Notes: generated by a model from the sequence alone, not told the origin. Positions 22,975 through 33,047 are shown, numbered from the stretch's first letter. The stretch is 64,000 nucleotides of DNA from Thermoanaerobaculum sp. (GCA_021154885.1 JAJKHS010000104.1:1410-65409), one strand, 5' to 3'. Numbers and translations are program-made.

Positions 22975-25380
22975 ATGGCCGCCATCCCGCCGCCGGGAAA
23001 GATCATCACCTTCTACTCCTACAAGGGCGGCACCGGCCGCTCCATGGCCCTCGCCAACGTTGGCTATCTGCTGGCGGAGACGTTGCCGCAAGGCAGCCGC
23101 GGCGTCCTGATGATCGATTGGGATCTCGAAGCTCCCGGCCTGCATCGCTATTTTGAGGACAGCCTCAAGAAGGCCGCGCAAACCGCGCAGCGGTCCGGCA
23201 TCCGCTCGCTCGCCCTGCAGCCCGGATTGATCGATTTCTTCGAGTCCGCGGACTCCGGGTATGGCAAAGAGGATTCCGAAAAGAGCCGTGCCCAAGCGCT
23301 CGCGAGTTTCCCCGCGCACGTGCTGGCCACGGACTTTGACCATCTCCATATCCTCAAGGCCGGCCGCTTCGACGACGACTATCCCGAGCGCATCCGCAAG
23401 TTCGACTGGGAACGCTTCCATGGCCGCGATCCCGGCTTCTTCCGGGAATTCCGCAACTTCCTCATGGAGCGCTACGACTACGTCCTGATCGATTCGCGCA
23501 CCGGACTGACCGATACCAGCGGCATCTGCGTCCGGCAGATGCCGGAGAAGCTGGTCCTCGTCTTCGTCCCCAATAACCAGAACATCGACGGCGTCCTCGA
23601 CGTGGCACGGCGAGTCCGACGCTTCCGCATCGGCTCCTCGGACCTGCGGCCGCTGGTCAGCTTCCCTCTCGCCTCACGAATCGACGGCACCAACGAGCGG
23701 CTGCGGGTGACCTGGCGAAATGGAGGAAAATTGGATGATGAAGAGATCCCCGGCTATCAGAAGGTTTTCGAAGACCTGTTTGAAGAACTCTACGAGCTCG
23801 ACGAGTGCGACCTGAGCGCCTATTTCGACGCCACCCAGATCAAGCATGACAGCGATTACGCCTATGGCGAGAAAATCGCGGCGCGGCGCGGCACCACCGA
23901 CCGGCTCTCCCTGGGCTACGCCTTCGCCAACTTCACTCGCCGGCTGACCACTCTCTCCGTACCCTGGGAGCCGCTGCCCGAGGAGCAGGAGATCGAGGCC
24001 GCTAAAAAACGCGAGCTGGCCGCCAGTGTCCGCGAGGAGAAGGCTACCTCGAAAGTGAGACTTCTCAGTGTGATTTCGGTCGTGATCGCGTTATTGGGCC
24101 TGATCGTGGGTCTCCTCTCTCTTCGAGGATACGGCAAGTCGCAGGCGCAAGCCGTACTGGCTGCAGCAAGAGCCACCTCCGATCCTCTGGAACAGGCCCT
24201 GCTGCTGATGGAGTTCGAGGATTCCTCAGTGTCGGCTGGCGGGGTCGAGTTGGCGCGCCAAGTCGCCTCGACTCACATTCCCATGCTCGTCCTGCGAGGC
24301 CATACCGACTCCGTGCTCGGCGTGGCGTTCTCACCCGATGGCTCGCGAATCGCCACCGCCTCGGCGGATCGGACGGCCCGGATCTGGAACGCTGATGGAA
24401 CCGGTGAGCCGCTGGTGCTCCGTGGCCACTCCGATCCTTTCAAGACCGTCGCCTGGAGCCCCCTGAACAGCGACCTTCTCGTCGCCTCCGACTTCGAAGT
24501 ACAGCTCTGGGATTCGCAGAGCGGTCGTAGCATCGGCACAGTGCTTTCCGAAGGCGAAGGCTCAGAAAAACAGAGGGTAATCACAACGACTTTCAACCCA
24601 AACGGTCAAATCCTCATCGTAGACCACTCTGCTCTGCACATTTTGGGCGTGAACGTTGCAATGCGAATCGTCCAGTTTCCATACTCTATCTTGAACGCAC
24701 GGTTCGGATGGAGCGGCAGGCTGCTTGCGACGTCATCTCCTGAGGGGACCAGCGTCTGGAATCTAGACCGTGGTGTCAGGTTGAGCGTCCAGTTGCCGGA
24801 CAAGCTGCCCGCAGAGTCTCTGGTTTTCTCCCCGGACGGCCGCTATCTGATTACCGCGACCAAGGATGCGACGAATCTTTGGAGTCTTTCTCAAGGCAAA
24901 AGCCTCCTTGCCTCGTATGCAACACGCGACTCCGGCCGTGGCGGAGCCTTCGAGGCGATGAAGTTCAGCCCAGACGGACGACTCCTGGCTCTGCCGAGCT
25001 CAGACGGCACCACAAGAGTCCACGGTACTTCACCTCCCAATTTCCTGGGCCAAACTATCGCTTTTCTGCGGGGGCATGCAGGAGCTGTTCGGTCTGTCGC
25101 CTTCAGCCCTGACGGCAAGCTGCTCGCCACGGCCTCCGACGACAAAACGGTGCGGCTGTGGAACCTGGCTCAGCCAAAACCGAACCCGGATCTCGACTGG
25201 AACGGGCTCCTCAAATACCTCCGCGCGAAGACCAAAGTTTGCCTGACGGACGAGCAACGGTCACGGCTCCTTTCCGAGGCTCCGAAAGAGGCCTATGAAA
25301 AGTACGCCGCCTGCGAGCAGCGCTACGGCCGCAAGGCTCCTCCCCGGACCCCGAGCTCGACGCTAACCCCTTATATATAG
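22975..25380 (+). CDS. ParA/MinD-like (KGGxGR-variant) ATPase - TM helix - WD40 repeat protein
   Basis: [33 protein letters not shown] and [11 protein letters not shown]. Hydrophobic segment [17 protein letters not shown]40 repeats ([17 protein letters not shown]...ARIWN). Confidence 0.85.
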   Translation: MAAIPPPGKIITFYSYKGGTGRSMALANVGYLLAETLPQGSRGVLMIDWDLEAPGLHRYFEDSLKKAAQTAQRSGIRSLALQPGLIDFFESADSGYGKEDSEKSRAQALASFPAHVLATDFDHLHILKAGRFDDDYPERIRKFDWERFHGRDPGFFREFRNFLMERYDYVLIDSRTGLTDTSGICVRQMPEKLVLVFVPNNQNIDGVLDVARRVRRFRIGSSDLRPLVSFPLASRIDGTNERLRVTWRNGGKLDDEEIPGYQKVFEDLFEELYELDECDLSAYFDATQIKHDSDYAYGEKIAARRGTTDRLSLGYAFANFTRRLTTLSVPWEPLPEEQEIEAAKKRELAASVREEKATSKVRLLSVISVVIALLGLIVGLLSLRGYGKSQAQAVLAAARATSDPLEQALLLMEFEDSSVSAGGVELARQVASTHIPMLVLRGHTDSVLGVAFSPDGSRIATASADRTARIWNADGTGEPLVLRGHSDPFKTVAWSPLNSDLLVASDFEVQLWDSQSGRSIGTVLSEGEGSEKQRVITTTFNPNGQILIVDHSALHILGVNVAMRIVQFPYSILNARFGWSGRLLATSSPEGTSVWNLDRGVRLSVQLPDKLPAESLVFSPDGRYLITATKDATNLWSLSQGKSLLASYATRDSGRGGAFEAMKFSPDGRLLALPSSDGTTRVHGTSPPNFLGQTIAFLRGHAGAVRSVAFSPDGKLLATASDDKTVRLWNLAQPKPNPDLDWNGLLKYLRAKTKVCLTDEQRSRLLSEAPKEAYEKYAACEQRYGRKAPPRTPSSTLTPYI

Positions 25381-25398
25381 CGCCGGCTCTTGGAAAAA

Positions 25399-25500
25399 GC
25401 AGGGACTTCAGGGACCATCAGGGACTTCAGGGACTCGAAAAAGACCAGAGAACGGAGCTTTCCTCGTCCCTGCTGTCCCTGAAGTCCCTGCCGTCCCTGC
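25399..25500. repeat. Repeat family A, copy 2
   Basis: CAGGGACTTCAGGGAC arms and the complementary GTCCCTG arm, between convergent genes. Confidence 0.85.
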
Positions 25501-25518
25501 GCAACGGTGCTCCCCCGG

Positions 25519-25773
25519 CTAGTGGCAGGGGTAAGGCCCGATCACGTCATACGGGGTGATCTGCCCCCAGCCCCCGGAATAACCAACGCAGACGAAGCGA
25601 TATCCCACGACCGTCTGGTGGGCGGCGTTGTTGTAGTAGGTGAAGTCGTGGCCGGTCCTCGTCACCACAGCCTGCGAGGACCCGGGCAGACCGAGCAGCA
25701 GCACGGCGGCGAGGGCGCCCACCAGCGCGAGCGCGATGAAGGGACGGCGGTTGGAACGGAGGGATTGGAGCAT
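25519..25773 (-). CDS. Small secreted protein, DUF6289-like
   Basis: AAGGAGG RBS and signal peptide. Mature region TYYNNAAHQTVVGYRFVC...WGQITPY...C with two Cys. Confidence 0.65.
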   Translation of the reverse strand: MLQSLRSNRRPFIALALVGALAAVLLLGLPGSSQAVVTRTGHDFTYYNNAAHQTVVGYRFVCVGYSGGWGQITPYDVIGPYPCH

Positions 25774-25839
25774 CGAGTGGCCTCCTTGCGAAAGCGGGCG
25801 GAGCCCGCGGGTTGACCTTCCACGAGGCGAGCCTGCAAT

Positions 25840-26253
25840 TCAGACGCTGAAAGGATTCAGACAGTCCACGCCCGTGCGCTCCACGTCCTTGAGATTGCGC
25901 GTCACCAGGGTCATGCCACGCACGCTCGCCGTGGCGGCGAGGAGACTGTCGAGCACCGGTAGAGGATCCGGCACGTTGAAGCGTCCCCACTGCTCGGCGA
26001 TCACCTGGTCCACAGGCAGGATGCGGTCGGAGTGGCTGGCTTCCAGCTCCCGGAACCAAACATCCAAAGCAGCCGCAGACGCCGCGTCCCGGCGCCTGAT
26101 GTTTTCGATGCCTTTGCGGAGCTCACCCAGGGTCAACGCGCTCAGATAGACCTCGTCGGAGGAGACCTCGGCGAACCAGGAAGCTACGCCCGGATCACAG
26201 CGCCGCCCCTTGCGCAGCTCGGACACTATGTTCGTGTCGATCAGGTAGCTCAA
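25840..26253 (-). CDS. vapC: VapC/FitB PIN-domain toxin
   Basis: YLIDTNIVSELRK, LGELRKG, DSLLAATA and LVTRN motifs. Confidence 0.92.
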   Translation of the reverse strand: MSYLIDTNIVSELRKGRRCDPGVASWFAEVSSDEVYLSALTLGELRKGIENIRRRDAASAAALDVWFRELEASHSDRILPVDQVIAEQWGRFNVPDPLPVLDSLLAATASVRGMTLVTRNLKDVERTGVDCLNPFSV

Positions 26254-26483
26254 AGCTTCACGTCCCGGCCGCTGTCCGGGAGTCGTTCGAAGTCGGCGTC
26301 CTCACCGACCTGTGGGATGGCGAGAAGAAGCTCCTTGAGAGACCTTTTGCCTTTCACGGGTACCAGAACCTCGCGCAGGATCTCCCGATGCTCCGCTTCC
26401 GCCGAACGGCCATGGCGCGCTGCCCGAAGCTTCAACTGACGAACGACTTCTTCCTCGAGGTTACGCACGATCAACTGGGTCAT
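26250..26483 (-). CDS. FitA-like ribbon-helix-helix antitoxin
   Basis: MTQLIVRNLEEEVVRQLKLRAARHGRSAEAEHREIL. Overlaps the toxin start. Confidence 0.88.
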   Translation of the reverse strand: MTQLIVRNLEEEVVRQLKLRAARHGRSAEAEHREILREVLVPVKGKRSLKELLLAIPQVGEDADFERLPDSGRDVKL

Positions 26484-26530
26484 GGGCTGCCCTTTCATGC
26501 TATCAATGCTAGCAGGCCACGCGATTGGGA

Positions 26531-27402
26531 TCAAGGACGGAGCCCGCGAGGTCCGCTCCAGACGAGCAGGAGCTCCGCGCCCCGGCCGCGGGTGGGCAGC
26601 GCGACGAGTCGGGGAGTCGCCCGGTCCGGCTCTCCTCCACCCCGCTCCCGATCGTGCTGGCGGAGCACGGCGCTCGTCATGTAGAAGCTGGCCCCGCCGC
26701 CGAGGACGACGTTCCAGAGGTAGTGCTGATCCGAGCGCATGCGCTGCCAGCCGGTGACGGCCGGAATGGCGTAGATGCCGATCCGGGCGAGGACCCGCCC
26801 CGGGCGGCTCTCGATCTCACGGCTGAGCTCGTAGTCGAGGACCCGCGCCACCGCCATGGCGTTCGTCACGTGCACCGAGGCGCTGGTCCCCCCGGAGTGG
26901 AAATAGCTCAACCTGCCGCCCTGCTGGGCCGCTCTTCCGAGAAGACGAATTTCAGCAGCCCGGTGGTGGTCTGGGAGGCCAGGATGGACTCGCCCATGAG
27001 CAGGCCCGTCTCCCGCGTCCGCGGCAGGTCCCCCAGGAGACCCACGGTATAGAAAGTCGCCGCCGCCAGCTCGACGTTGCGCGACAGGCCGATCTGGCCT
27101 CCGACCTCGGTCCAGCCGGAGTTGCGGAACAGAGAGGATCGCAGGACTTGGCGCCGGAGATCCTCTTTCCGGGTCTCAAGATAGGCCGAGCTGACGGCCA
27201 GCCCGCCGAGGTAGGTCCACTGCTCCGCACTGTGGGGCGGCACCTCGTGCACCGCCGCCCCGGCGAGGTCCCTGCCGGCGCCCTTCAGGTCGCTGCCGAG
27301 CGTCGCCAGCCGGCCGGGGCGCCCCTGATACTCCGCACAGCCGCCCAGCAACACCAGACCGAGCCCCAGAGCAATCCCTGAAATGAAGCCGCGCCCAGGC
27401 AC
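26531..27402 (-). pseudogene. PAP2-like lipoprotein split by a 1-bp frameshift (pseudogene or sequencing error)
   Basis: Lipobox LGGC and KFVFSEERP (K-x6-RP) lie in the first frame. SASVH and RMRSDQHYLWNV lie in the next frame. Adding one C near 26927 (CGG CCC CAG CAG GGC) fuses them. Confidence 0.65.
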
Positions 27403-27429
27403 CGGACCTCCCTCCCCTCTCCGTTCAGC

Positions 27430-28416
27430 TCAGCGACCGGCCCGGACGCCCACCGCATGACGGAGACGCACGCGGATCACCGCGCCGCGCGGCACGACGA
27501 CGTCCGGCCCCGGAACGTTGGCGGCAATGGCGGAGCCCACCGCCGCGCCGAGAAGGGCGCCGACCAGCGTCCCGCGGGAGCGGTTGCTGTCGTGGACGTT
27601 GTGGCCGATGATGGCGCCGCCGGCCGCCGTGCCGCCGACGATGGCCGCGGACCGCCGCGACCGGTTCCGACCCTGCTCCGCGAACGACGCCTGGATGGGC
27701 ACCGTGCCGCCGGAGGGGAGGACGAGCTCCGTGAACCTCACCCCCAGGATCGCCCGGCCGCCGAGCCGTCGCGGGGACCCGGCCGCGGTGACCTCGCCCA
27801 ACAGCTCGGAGCCCCGGGGGATGACGACCACCCCATGCTCGGACACGGGAGAGACGACCCGGGCCCGAACCCGCTGCCCCACCCGGCTACCCCGGCTGGT
27901 CAGCGTCTCGCCCAGCGCGACCGAGAGGCGGGTGCCGGCCGGTACGATGGCGTTGACCGCACGGGGCTCCAGGCGCGGATTGGCGACCTGCATGGGCGGG
28001 GATGGCGGCGCAGGCGGCGCGGTTCGCGCCACGGCTCCGGAGGGAGCGGGCGCCGCCGGCCTTTCGGCCAGCGCCCGCTCGCGGTCCGCGATCTGCTGCT
28101 CGCGGGAGCTCAACTCGGCCTGCCGCTCGCCGAGCTGGCGCTCCTGGTCCGCCAGCTCCTGCTCGCGGGCGTTCAAGTCACCGGCAGCGCCGGCAGACGG
28201 GGCGTTCCCGACGGCGACGCTCTGGGGAGCAGGGTTGAGCTCATTGCCCTGAGGCGTCGACGCGGGAGCGTTCTGGAGCGGCAGAGCCGAGGTCTGGCGA
28301 TTCGCCGTGGTCTGCACGGGCTGCGGCTGGTTGTGATCGCGATTGCAGGCGCCGGCCCACAGCGCCGCCGCGCACAAAGAGACGGTCAGGACGTGGCGTA
28401 TCGGTGAAGTTGGCAT
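27430..28416 (-). CDS. Lipoprotein with coiled coil and TrbI/VirB10-like beta domain plus glycine zipper
   Basis: Lipobox AGAC, REQELA heptads, VPAGTRLSVAL..LTS, VIPRGSEL.GEV and GGTAAGGAIIG...GALLGAAVG. Confidence 0.7.
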   Translation of the reverse strand: MPTSPIRHVLTVSLCAAALWAGACNRDHNQPQPVQTTANRQTSALPLQNAPASTPQGNELNPAPQSVAVGNAPSAGAAGDLNAREQELADQERQLGERQAELSSREQQIADRERALAERPAAPAPSGAVARTAPPAPPSPPMQVANPRLEPRAVNAIVPAGTRLSVALGETLTSRGSRVGQRVRARVVSPVSEHGVVVIPRGSELLGEVTAAGSPRRLGGRAILGVRFTELVLPSGGTVPIQASFAEQGRNRSRRSAAIVGGTAAGGAIIGHNVHDSNRSRGTLVGALLGAAVGSAIAANVPGPDVVVPRGAVIRVRLRHAVGVRAGR

Positions 28417-28457
28417 GGGTAGCTCCTCGCTGCGTAAGCCCTCCGGAGAAAGGAGGG

Positions 28458-28473
28458 AGCAACGACCATGCCA
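28458..28473 (-). promoter_or_regulatory. Sigma-54 promoter candidate
   Basis: The minus strand reads TGGCATG-GTCG-TTGCT, about 40 bp upstream of 28416. Confidence 0.6.
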
Positions 28474-28743
28474 CCGGCTCGCGAGACCTGGGGATCGAGT
28501 CAGGACCCTGGCTGAAACGGATCCATATTCATTGCTGCCGATTGCTGCAGATTCGTTCCTGAGCCAGGGGTCCCACGGCTATTCTGCGGCACAGAACATA
28601 ACGAACTGCATTACGACAGCTTCGAGCCGGGGACGGCGGCGCAGCTCTCCCGCTTGACAGACCCGCCGCCGGTGGGTTAAACCTCAGCTCGCACCAAGGT
28701 GTAGAAATCAGCGGTCCAACGCGGGTGAAGAGAGCCTGACGAA

Positions 28744-30378
28744 ATGTTCACACGCATCCCCAGGCCCATGGCGCCGGCAGCCAGCCCCCTGGCCCCGGGC
28801 AGGTCGCAGCTCACCCTGGGGCCGCCGGCCGGCATCCACGAGCGCGCGGCCGAACGGGCGGCCGAGCAGGTGGTCGACCGCCATCACGCCGGCCCGGACC
28901 GCACCGACGGCCTGCACGGCTCGCGGGAGCGGCCGAGCACGCCGAGGGCCTCCGAGCCGCGGGCCGCTGCGACGGAGAGCCACGGCGCCGCGCCTCCTGC
29001 GGCGTCGACCCCGGTGGCACCGGAGCTGACGGCGGCCATCCGCCAGCAGGAGGGGGAAGGAGCCCCCCTGCCCGCCGCCATCCGCCGGACCATGGAAAGT
29101 AGCTACGGGGTGAGCTTCGCCCGGGTGCGAGTGCACGCCGACCAGCGCTCCGCGGATCTCAACAAGGCGCTGGGCGCCGCCGCCTTCACCACCGGCCGCC
29201 ACCTCTTCTTCCGCCAAGGCGGCTTCGACCCGCAGAGCCGCAAGGGTCAGAAGCTGATCGCCCACGAGTTGGCCCACGTGGTGCAGCAGGGCGCGGCACC
29301 ACCGCAGCCGGCCGTCGCGGCCGGACCCGATCTCGCGCCGGATTGGAAGGGAGCGGAGGCGGCATCGCTGTCAGCCCTGCCCGCGCCGGCCCCGGACGGC
29401 GCGCCGGGTTCGCTCATCCAGCGCCAGTTCCAGGGGCCGCAGTTTCCGCTGAACAAGTACCACAACGGCAACTACCCGGGTCACTCGCTGACCTTCCCCG
29501 GCGGAGCTAGACCACAGACAGGTTGCGGCAAGAAAAACGTCCTCAAGACCGACGGGAGCCAATATAGCGCGGGAGCGAAATCGGACCCTGGCGATCCCAC
29601 CAATTTTCCCCTCTACCGGGATGGTTATTCCCGCCCCGGGGGGCTGGTCAGGGACAAGAACCGCCCTCAAACCTCCACCCGCATGCATCTCATCAATCAT
29701 CATTTCGATACGACCGCAGGGGCGAACGGTACGCAGCAGAACGCTGAGAACATCCTGCTCGGCTCGCAGCGCAGCAATAAAGCCCACTGCCTCGAAGTGG
29801 AAACTCCGGTCAAGAATGCCATCCGCACCCACGGCACTTACAACAACAACCTCTACGAAGCGGCGATGGGGAGCGCCACCCAGACGACCGACGCCGCGAC
29901 AAAGACGGACAATGTCCTGTTCTGGGGTTTGGCAAACCCACCCCACAACAACGCGGTGAAAAACGCGCAGATCCAAGGGGCCTGGCTGCAGAAGAACAAC
30001 GCGGCCACTGGGGTGGATGCCAACAAGCAACATAATACCGACGCCAAGGGTTTCGCGCTCAAGGTGGACGCCAACACGCCCGGCCAACACTACCGCCATC
30101 TGTGGGTCGAGTACGAGGTGGCCGCCAGCTACACCGGGAGACCCGCCTACGTCAACGCCAATATACAACATGAAACCGATCAGAACACCGATCCGTTGGG
30201 GCAGCCGATCGACGCGAACATCGACGCGCACATCACGACGTTCACCAAGAAGTGGTCGAATAACGCCTTTCCTCCCCGCTTCACCTGCAAGGCGAAATAC
30301 TACTCAGCCACCTACGATCCCTGGCAAAAGATCTATCAGGTCGAGACCGAAAAACATACCATCACTACCGACCAATGA
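28744..30378 (+). CDS. DUF4157 (eCIS core domain) protein with putative His-Me endonuclease-like C-terminal toxin
   Basis: FARVRVHAD, AAAFTTGRHLFF and LIAHELAHVVQQ. After LIQR comes a compositionally distinct domain with RMHLINHHF...NAENILLGSQRSNKAHCLEVE. Confidence 0.78.
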   Translation: MFTRIPRPMAPAASPLAPGRSQLTLGPPAGIHERAAERAAEQVVDRHHAGPDRTDGLHGSRERPSTPRASEPRAAATESHGAAPPAASTPVAPELTAAIRQQEGEGAPLPAAIRRTMESSYGVSFARVRVHADQRSADLNKALGAAAFTTGRHLFFRQGGFDPQSRKGQKLIAHELAHVVQQGAAPPQPAVAAGPDLAPDWKGAEAASLSALPAPAPDGAPGSLIQRQFQGPQFPLNKYHNGNYPGHSLTFPGGARPQTGCGKKNVLKTDGSQYSAGAKSDPGDPTNFPLYRDGYSRPGGLVRDKNRPQTSTRMHLINHHFDTTAGANGTQQNAENILLGSQRSNKAHCLEVETPVKNAIRTHGTYNNNLYEAAMGSATQTTDAATKTDNVLFWGLANPPHNNAVKNAQIQGAWLQKNNAATGVDANKQHNTDAKGFALKVDANTPGQHYRHLWVEYEVAASYTGRPAYVNANIQHETDQNTDPLGQPIDANIDAHITTFTKKWSNNAFPPRFTCKAKYYSATYDPWQKIYQVETEKHTITTDQ

Positions 30379-31988
30379 CGGTGCACGGTGACATGAGTGC
30401 TCGCCATGTGCCGTTCTCCCGGTGCGCAATCTGGCAGCGACAGAAGGCGTTCTTCGAAACGGAAGGGGTCAACGCCTGGAACGGACAGGTGCCGTTCTAC
30501 ATCACGAGCAACCCCTACCTCGCCCATGCCTACGCCACGCTGATCTTCCGCTTCCTGCAAGACTGCCGGCAAAAAACGCGCGGAGCCGCGAGCGGGCCGT
30601 TCTACATCCTGGAGTTGGGGGCCGGCACCGGGACCTTTAGCTACTACCTGCTGCGCCGCCTGATGGCGCTGAAGGAGTCCTCAGACGTATTTGTCGCGGA
30701 CTTCTGCTACGTGATGTCCGACGTCTCGCGCAAAAACCTGGAGTTCTGGCAGGCTCATGCGGCGCTCCAGCCGTTCGTGGAACAGGGAGTGCTCGACTTC
30801 GCGCGGTTCGATCTGGACGGCGACGGCACGGTGACGCTCGAGGTCTCCGGCACGGTGCTGGGAGCCGAGCCGGCCACAACTGCTCAGAAACCTTTCGTCG
30901 TGATCGCCAACTACGTCTTCGACGCGGTTCCCCACGATCTGTATCGCGTGGAAGAGGGGAGACTGCTGGAGACGCTGGTGCCCCCCGCCCTCGCGGCGCC
31001 CCCCAACCAGTCGGCCAACGCGGCCTTGAATCTCGTCACTCTGCTGCGCGACTGCGAGGAGCGCGAGGTCGCATGGCCCCACTATGAGCAGGCGGCCCTC
31101 GACGGCGTCCTCCAAGGATACCTGGGCCTCTCCGGCGCGGGGCGTTTCCTCTTTCCCGTGAGCGCCCTGCGCGGGATCGCTCGCCTGCGGGAGCGCGTGT
31201 CGCCCGAGATCCTGCTGCTGGTGGCGGACAAGGGGATCCTGCACGCAGGGGACCGGAACGAGGACGGGAGGCTCACGGTCGGCCTGCACGGCGGCTGCCT
31301 TTCCGTTACCGTCGATCTGGAGGCCGTGGAGCACTACGCCCGGAGCGAAGGAGGCGACTGTTTTCATCAGGCGTCGGAAGGGATCATCACGTCGCTCTTC
31401 ACCCTGGGCATGGAGCTGCGCTCCCTGCCCGAGACCCGCCTCGCCCTGCAGCAGTTCATGGGGACGTTCAATCCCGGCCACCTCTACGACGTGCTGCGCT
31501 ACTTCGACGAGACCAGGCCGCGGGCGCGCCTCGAGACGCTGGTGGCCCTGCTGGAGCTGACGCTGTGGGACCCCTTCGTCTTCAATCGCTTTTTCGACGT
31601 GATCCTGGCCAGCCTGCCCTATGCGCAGCCCTACGCGGTCCACCGCCTGGCCGAGAACGTGCAGCAGATCGCCGGCAACTTCTACTTCGTACCCGGGGCC
31701 ACCGATTCGCTCTTCAACCTGGGAATGCTCCTCCAGGAGATCCGGCTGTACGCGGAGGCTCTGGAGTACTACGAAGCCTCGATCTACTACTTCGGCCGGA
31801 CGGACGCGGCCCTCTACAACCTGGGGCTGTGCTGTTACGGCCTCGGCCGCCGGGACGAAGCCCTCGCGTGGCTGCGGGAAACCGTGGCGATGACGCCGGA
31901 GCACGTCAAGGCGCGGGGCTGGATCTCTCTGCTTCAGGAGCAGTCAGACACGGTTCATCCTTCCGCCATCTCGGCGTCTTCTTCGTGA
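30375..31988 (+). CDS. SAM-dependent methyltransferase-like (MidA/Methyltransf_28-like) protein with C-terminal TPRs
   Basis: YITSNP, ILELGAGTG and VIANYVFD. C-terminal TPR helices (LFNLGMLL, ALYNLGLCCY). ATGA-coupled to the DUF4157 gene. Confidence 0.75.
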   Translation: MTVHGDMSARHVPFSRCAIWQRQKAFFETEGVNAWNGQVPFYITSNPYLAHAYATLIFRFLQDCRQKTRGAASGPFYILELGAGTGTFSYYLLRRLMALKESSDVFVADFCYVMSDVSRKNLEFWQAHAALQPFVEQGVLDFARFDLDGDGTVTLEVSGTVLGAEPATTAQKPFVVIANYVFDAVPHDLYRVEEGRLLETLVPPALAAPPNQSANAALNLVTLLRDCEEREVAWPHYEQAALDGVLQGYLGLSGAGRFLFPVSALRGIARLRERVSPEILLLVADKGILHAGDRNEDGRLTVGLHGGCLSVTVDLEAVEHYARSEGGDCFHQASEGIITSLFTLGMELRSLPETRLALQQFMGTFNPGHLYDVLRYFDETRPRARLETLVALLELTLWDPFVFNRFFDVILASLPYAQPYAVHRLAENVQQIAGNFYFVPGATDSLFNLGMLLQEIRLYAEALEYYEASIYYFGRTDAALYNLGLCCYGLGRRDEALAWLRETVAMTPEHVKARGWISLLQEQSDTVHPSAISASSS

Positions 31989-32701
31989 TGCAGCTTCACG
32001 ACCTTGTCCCGGTGAGCCCCGTCCCCTGCGCCCCAGGAGCCACGACGTTTCTGCCCTACGGCCGGTTGCCCTACGGCCGGTTGGTCGTTGACGGCGGGAT
32101 CGTCCTCGCAGAACCGTTGCAGAACGGTCTCACGCCGCCGCTGAAGGATGGGGGCCGGCTTGCCGCTGCCGACCGCCTGAGCCACCTGGTGAGCCTCCTT
32201 CTCGAAGCGGTCGTCCGCCGGTCCCAGGGCGAGGCCTGAAGGGGACGAAGCGGGCTCTTCGGGTCGCCGCTCGGAGTGATCGGACTTGCCGCACGCGCTG
32301 CACGGCTGCGCCACACTCGCCGCCGGCACCTGCCCCGTGCCCTGCTGGACGACGTGGGTCAGCTCGTGGGCCAGGAGCTCGACTCCCTCGGTGCTGCCGG
32401 GGCTGTACTCCCCGCTGCGAAAGAAGACGTCGCGCCCGACGGTGAAGGCGCGTGCCTGAACGCTGCCGGCCAGCCGGTCGGCGCGGGGGTCGGCGTGCAC
32501 CCGGACCTGCGTGAGGGAGGGGCCGAAAGTCGGCGCCAGCGAAGCCTGGACCTTCTCCGGCAGCGGCTGCCCGCCGCCGCGCGCCTCCTCGATTCCCCGC
32601 TCCACGCTCGGGGGCACCCAGGAGCGCTGGGTGGCGAACCGCGGCGTGGCGGGCGACGCGGGAGCTTGGGCAGGCGCGCGCTGCAAGGGCATGCGAATCA
32701 T
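31955..32701 (-). CDS. Short DUF4157 protein (possibly truncated)
   Basis: GGGQPLP, VRVHAD, ARAFTVGRDVFF and LLAHELTHVVQQ. Ends soon after LQR motifs with no clear toxin domain. Confidence 0.72.
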   Translation of the reverse strand: MIRMPLQRAPAQAPASPATPRFATQRSWVPPSVERGIEEARGGGQPLPEKVQASLAPTFGPSLTQVRVHADPRADRLAGSVQARAFTVGRDVFFRSGEYSPGSTEGVELLAHELTHVVQQGTGQVPAASVAQPCSACGKSDHSERRPEEPASSPSGLALGPADDRFEKEAHQVAQAVGSGKPAPILQRRRETVLQRFCEDDPAVNDQPAVGQPAVGQKRRGSWGAGDGAHRDKVVKLHHEEDAEMAEG

Positions 32702-32817
32702 GGTTCCCTCCCGAGGCAGACTCTGCGAACGGCTTGACTCAGCAAATTATACGAGGGTCCGGCGCCGAGCGCCAGCCCGGTGCTCTCCCCTATCCCCCAG
32801 AGTCCCCCCTCCCAAGA

Positions 32818-32980
32818 CCCTCATCACCCCGGCCCTCTTCTCCCAGCCTCCCCCCCGTCCGCCGGGAGAAGAGGGAGTGGTTAGTCTGAAGAAGAAGCAA
32901 GAAGAAAAACTGTCTTAGCCCTCTCTCTCCCGGCGGCCCGGGGGGGAGGTTGGGAGAGAGAGGGTTGGGAGAGTGAGGGC
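32818..32980. repeat. Repeat family C, copy 3
   Basis: CCCTCATCACCCCGGCCCTCTTCTCCC...GGGAGAAGAGGG plus a second inverted unit. Confidence 0.82.
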
Positions 32981-33047
32981 CGCCCCGAAGGGGCGCTGAC
33001 GACGGCTGGATCGGGCAATCTGGCAAAGCACTGGGGTAGCGCTCTCC

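Noticed and set aside
20322-23009. 895-aa minus-strand ORF with AAAAG repeats, and nearby poly-Leu or poly-Ser ORFs
   Set aside because: Alternative-frame readings of the CAG-rich Gln repeats and neighbouring genes.
27430-28416. Conjugation (type IV secretion) locus suggested by the TrbI/VirB10-like domain
   Set aside because: No other T4SS, relaxase or integrase genes are present, and such stand-alone lipoproteins are common.
28654-28683. Sigma-70 promoter for the DUF4157 gene (TTGACA)
   Set aside because: The -35 hexamer is perfect but the -10 at 17-18 bp spacing (TTAAAC/TAAACC) is poor, so support is insufficient.
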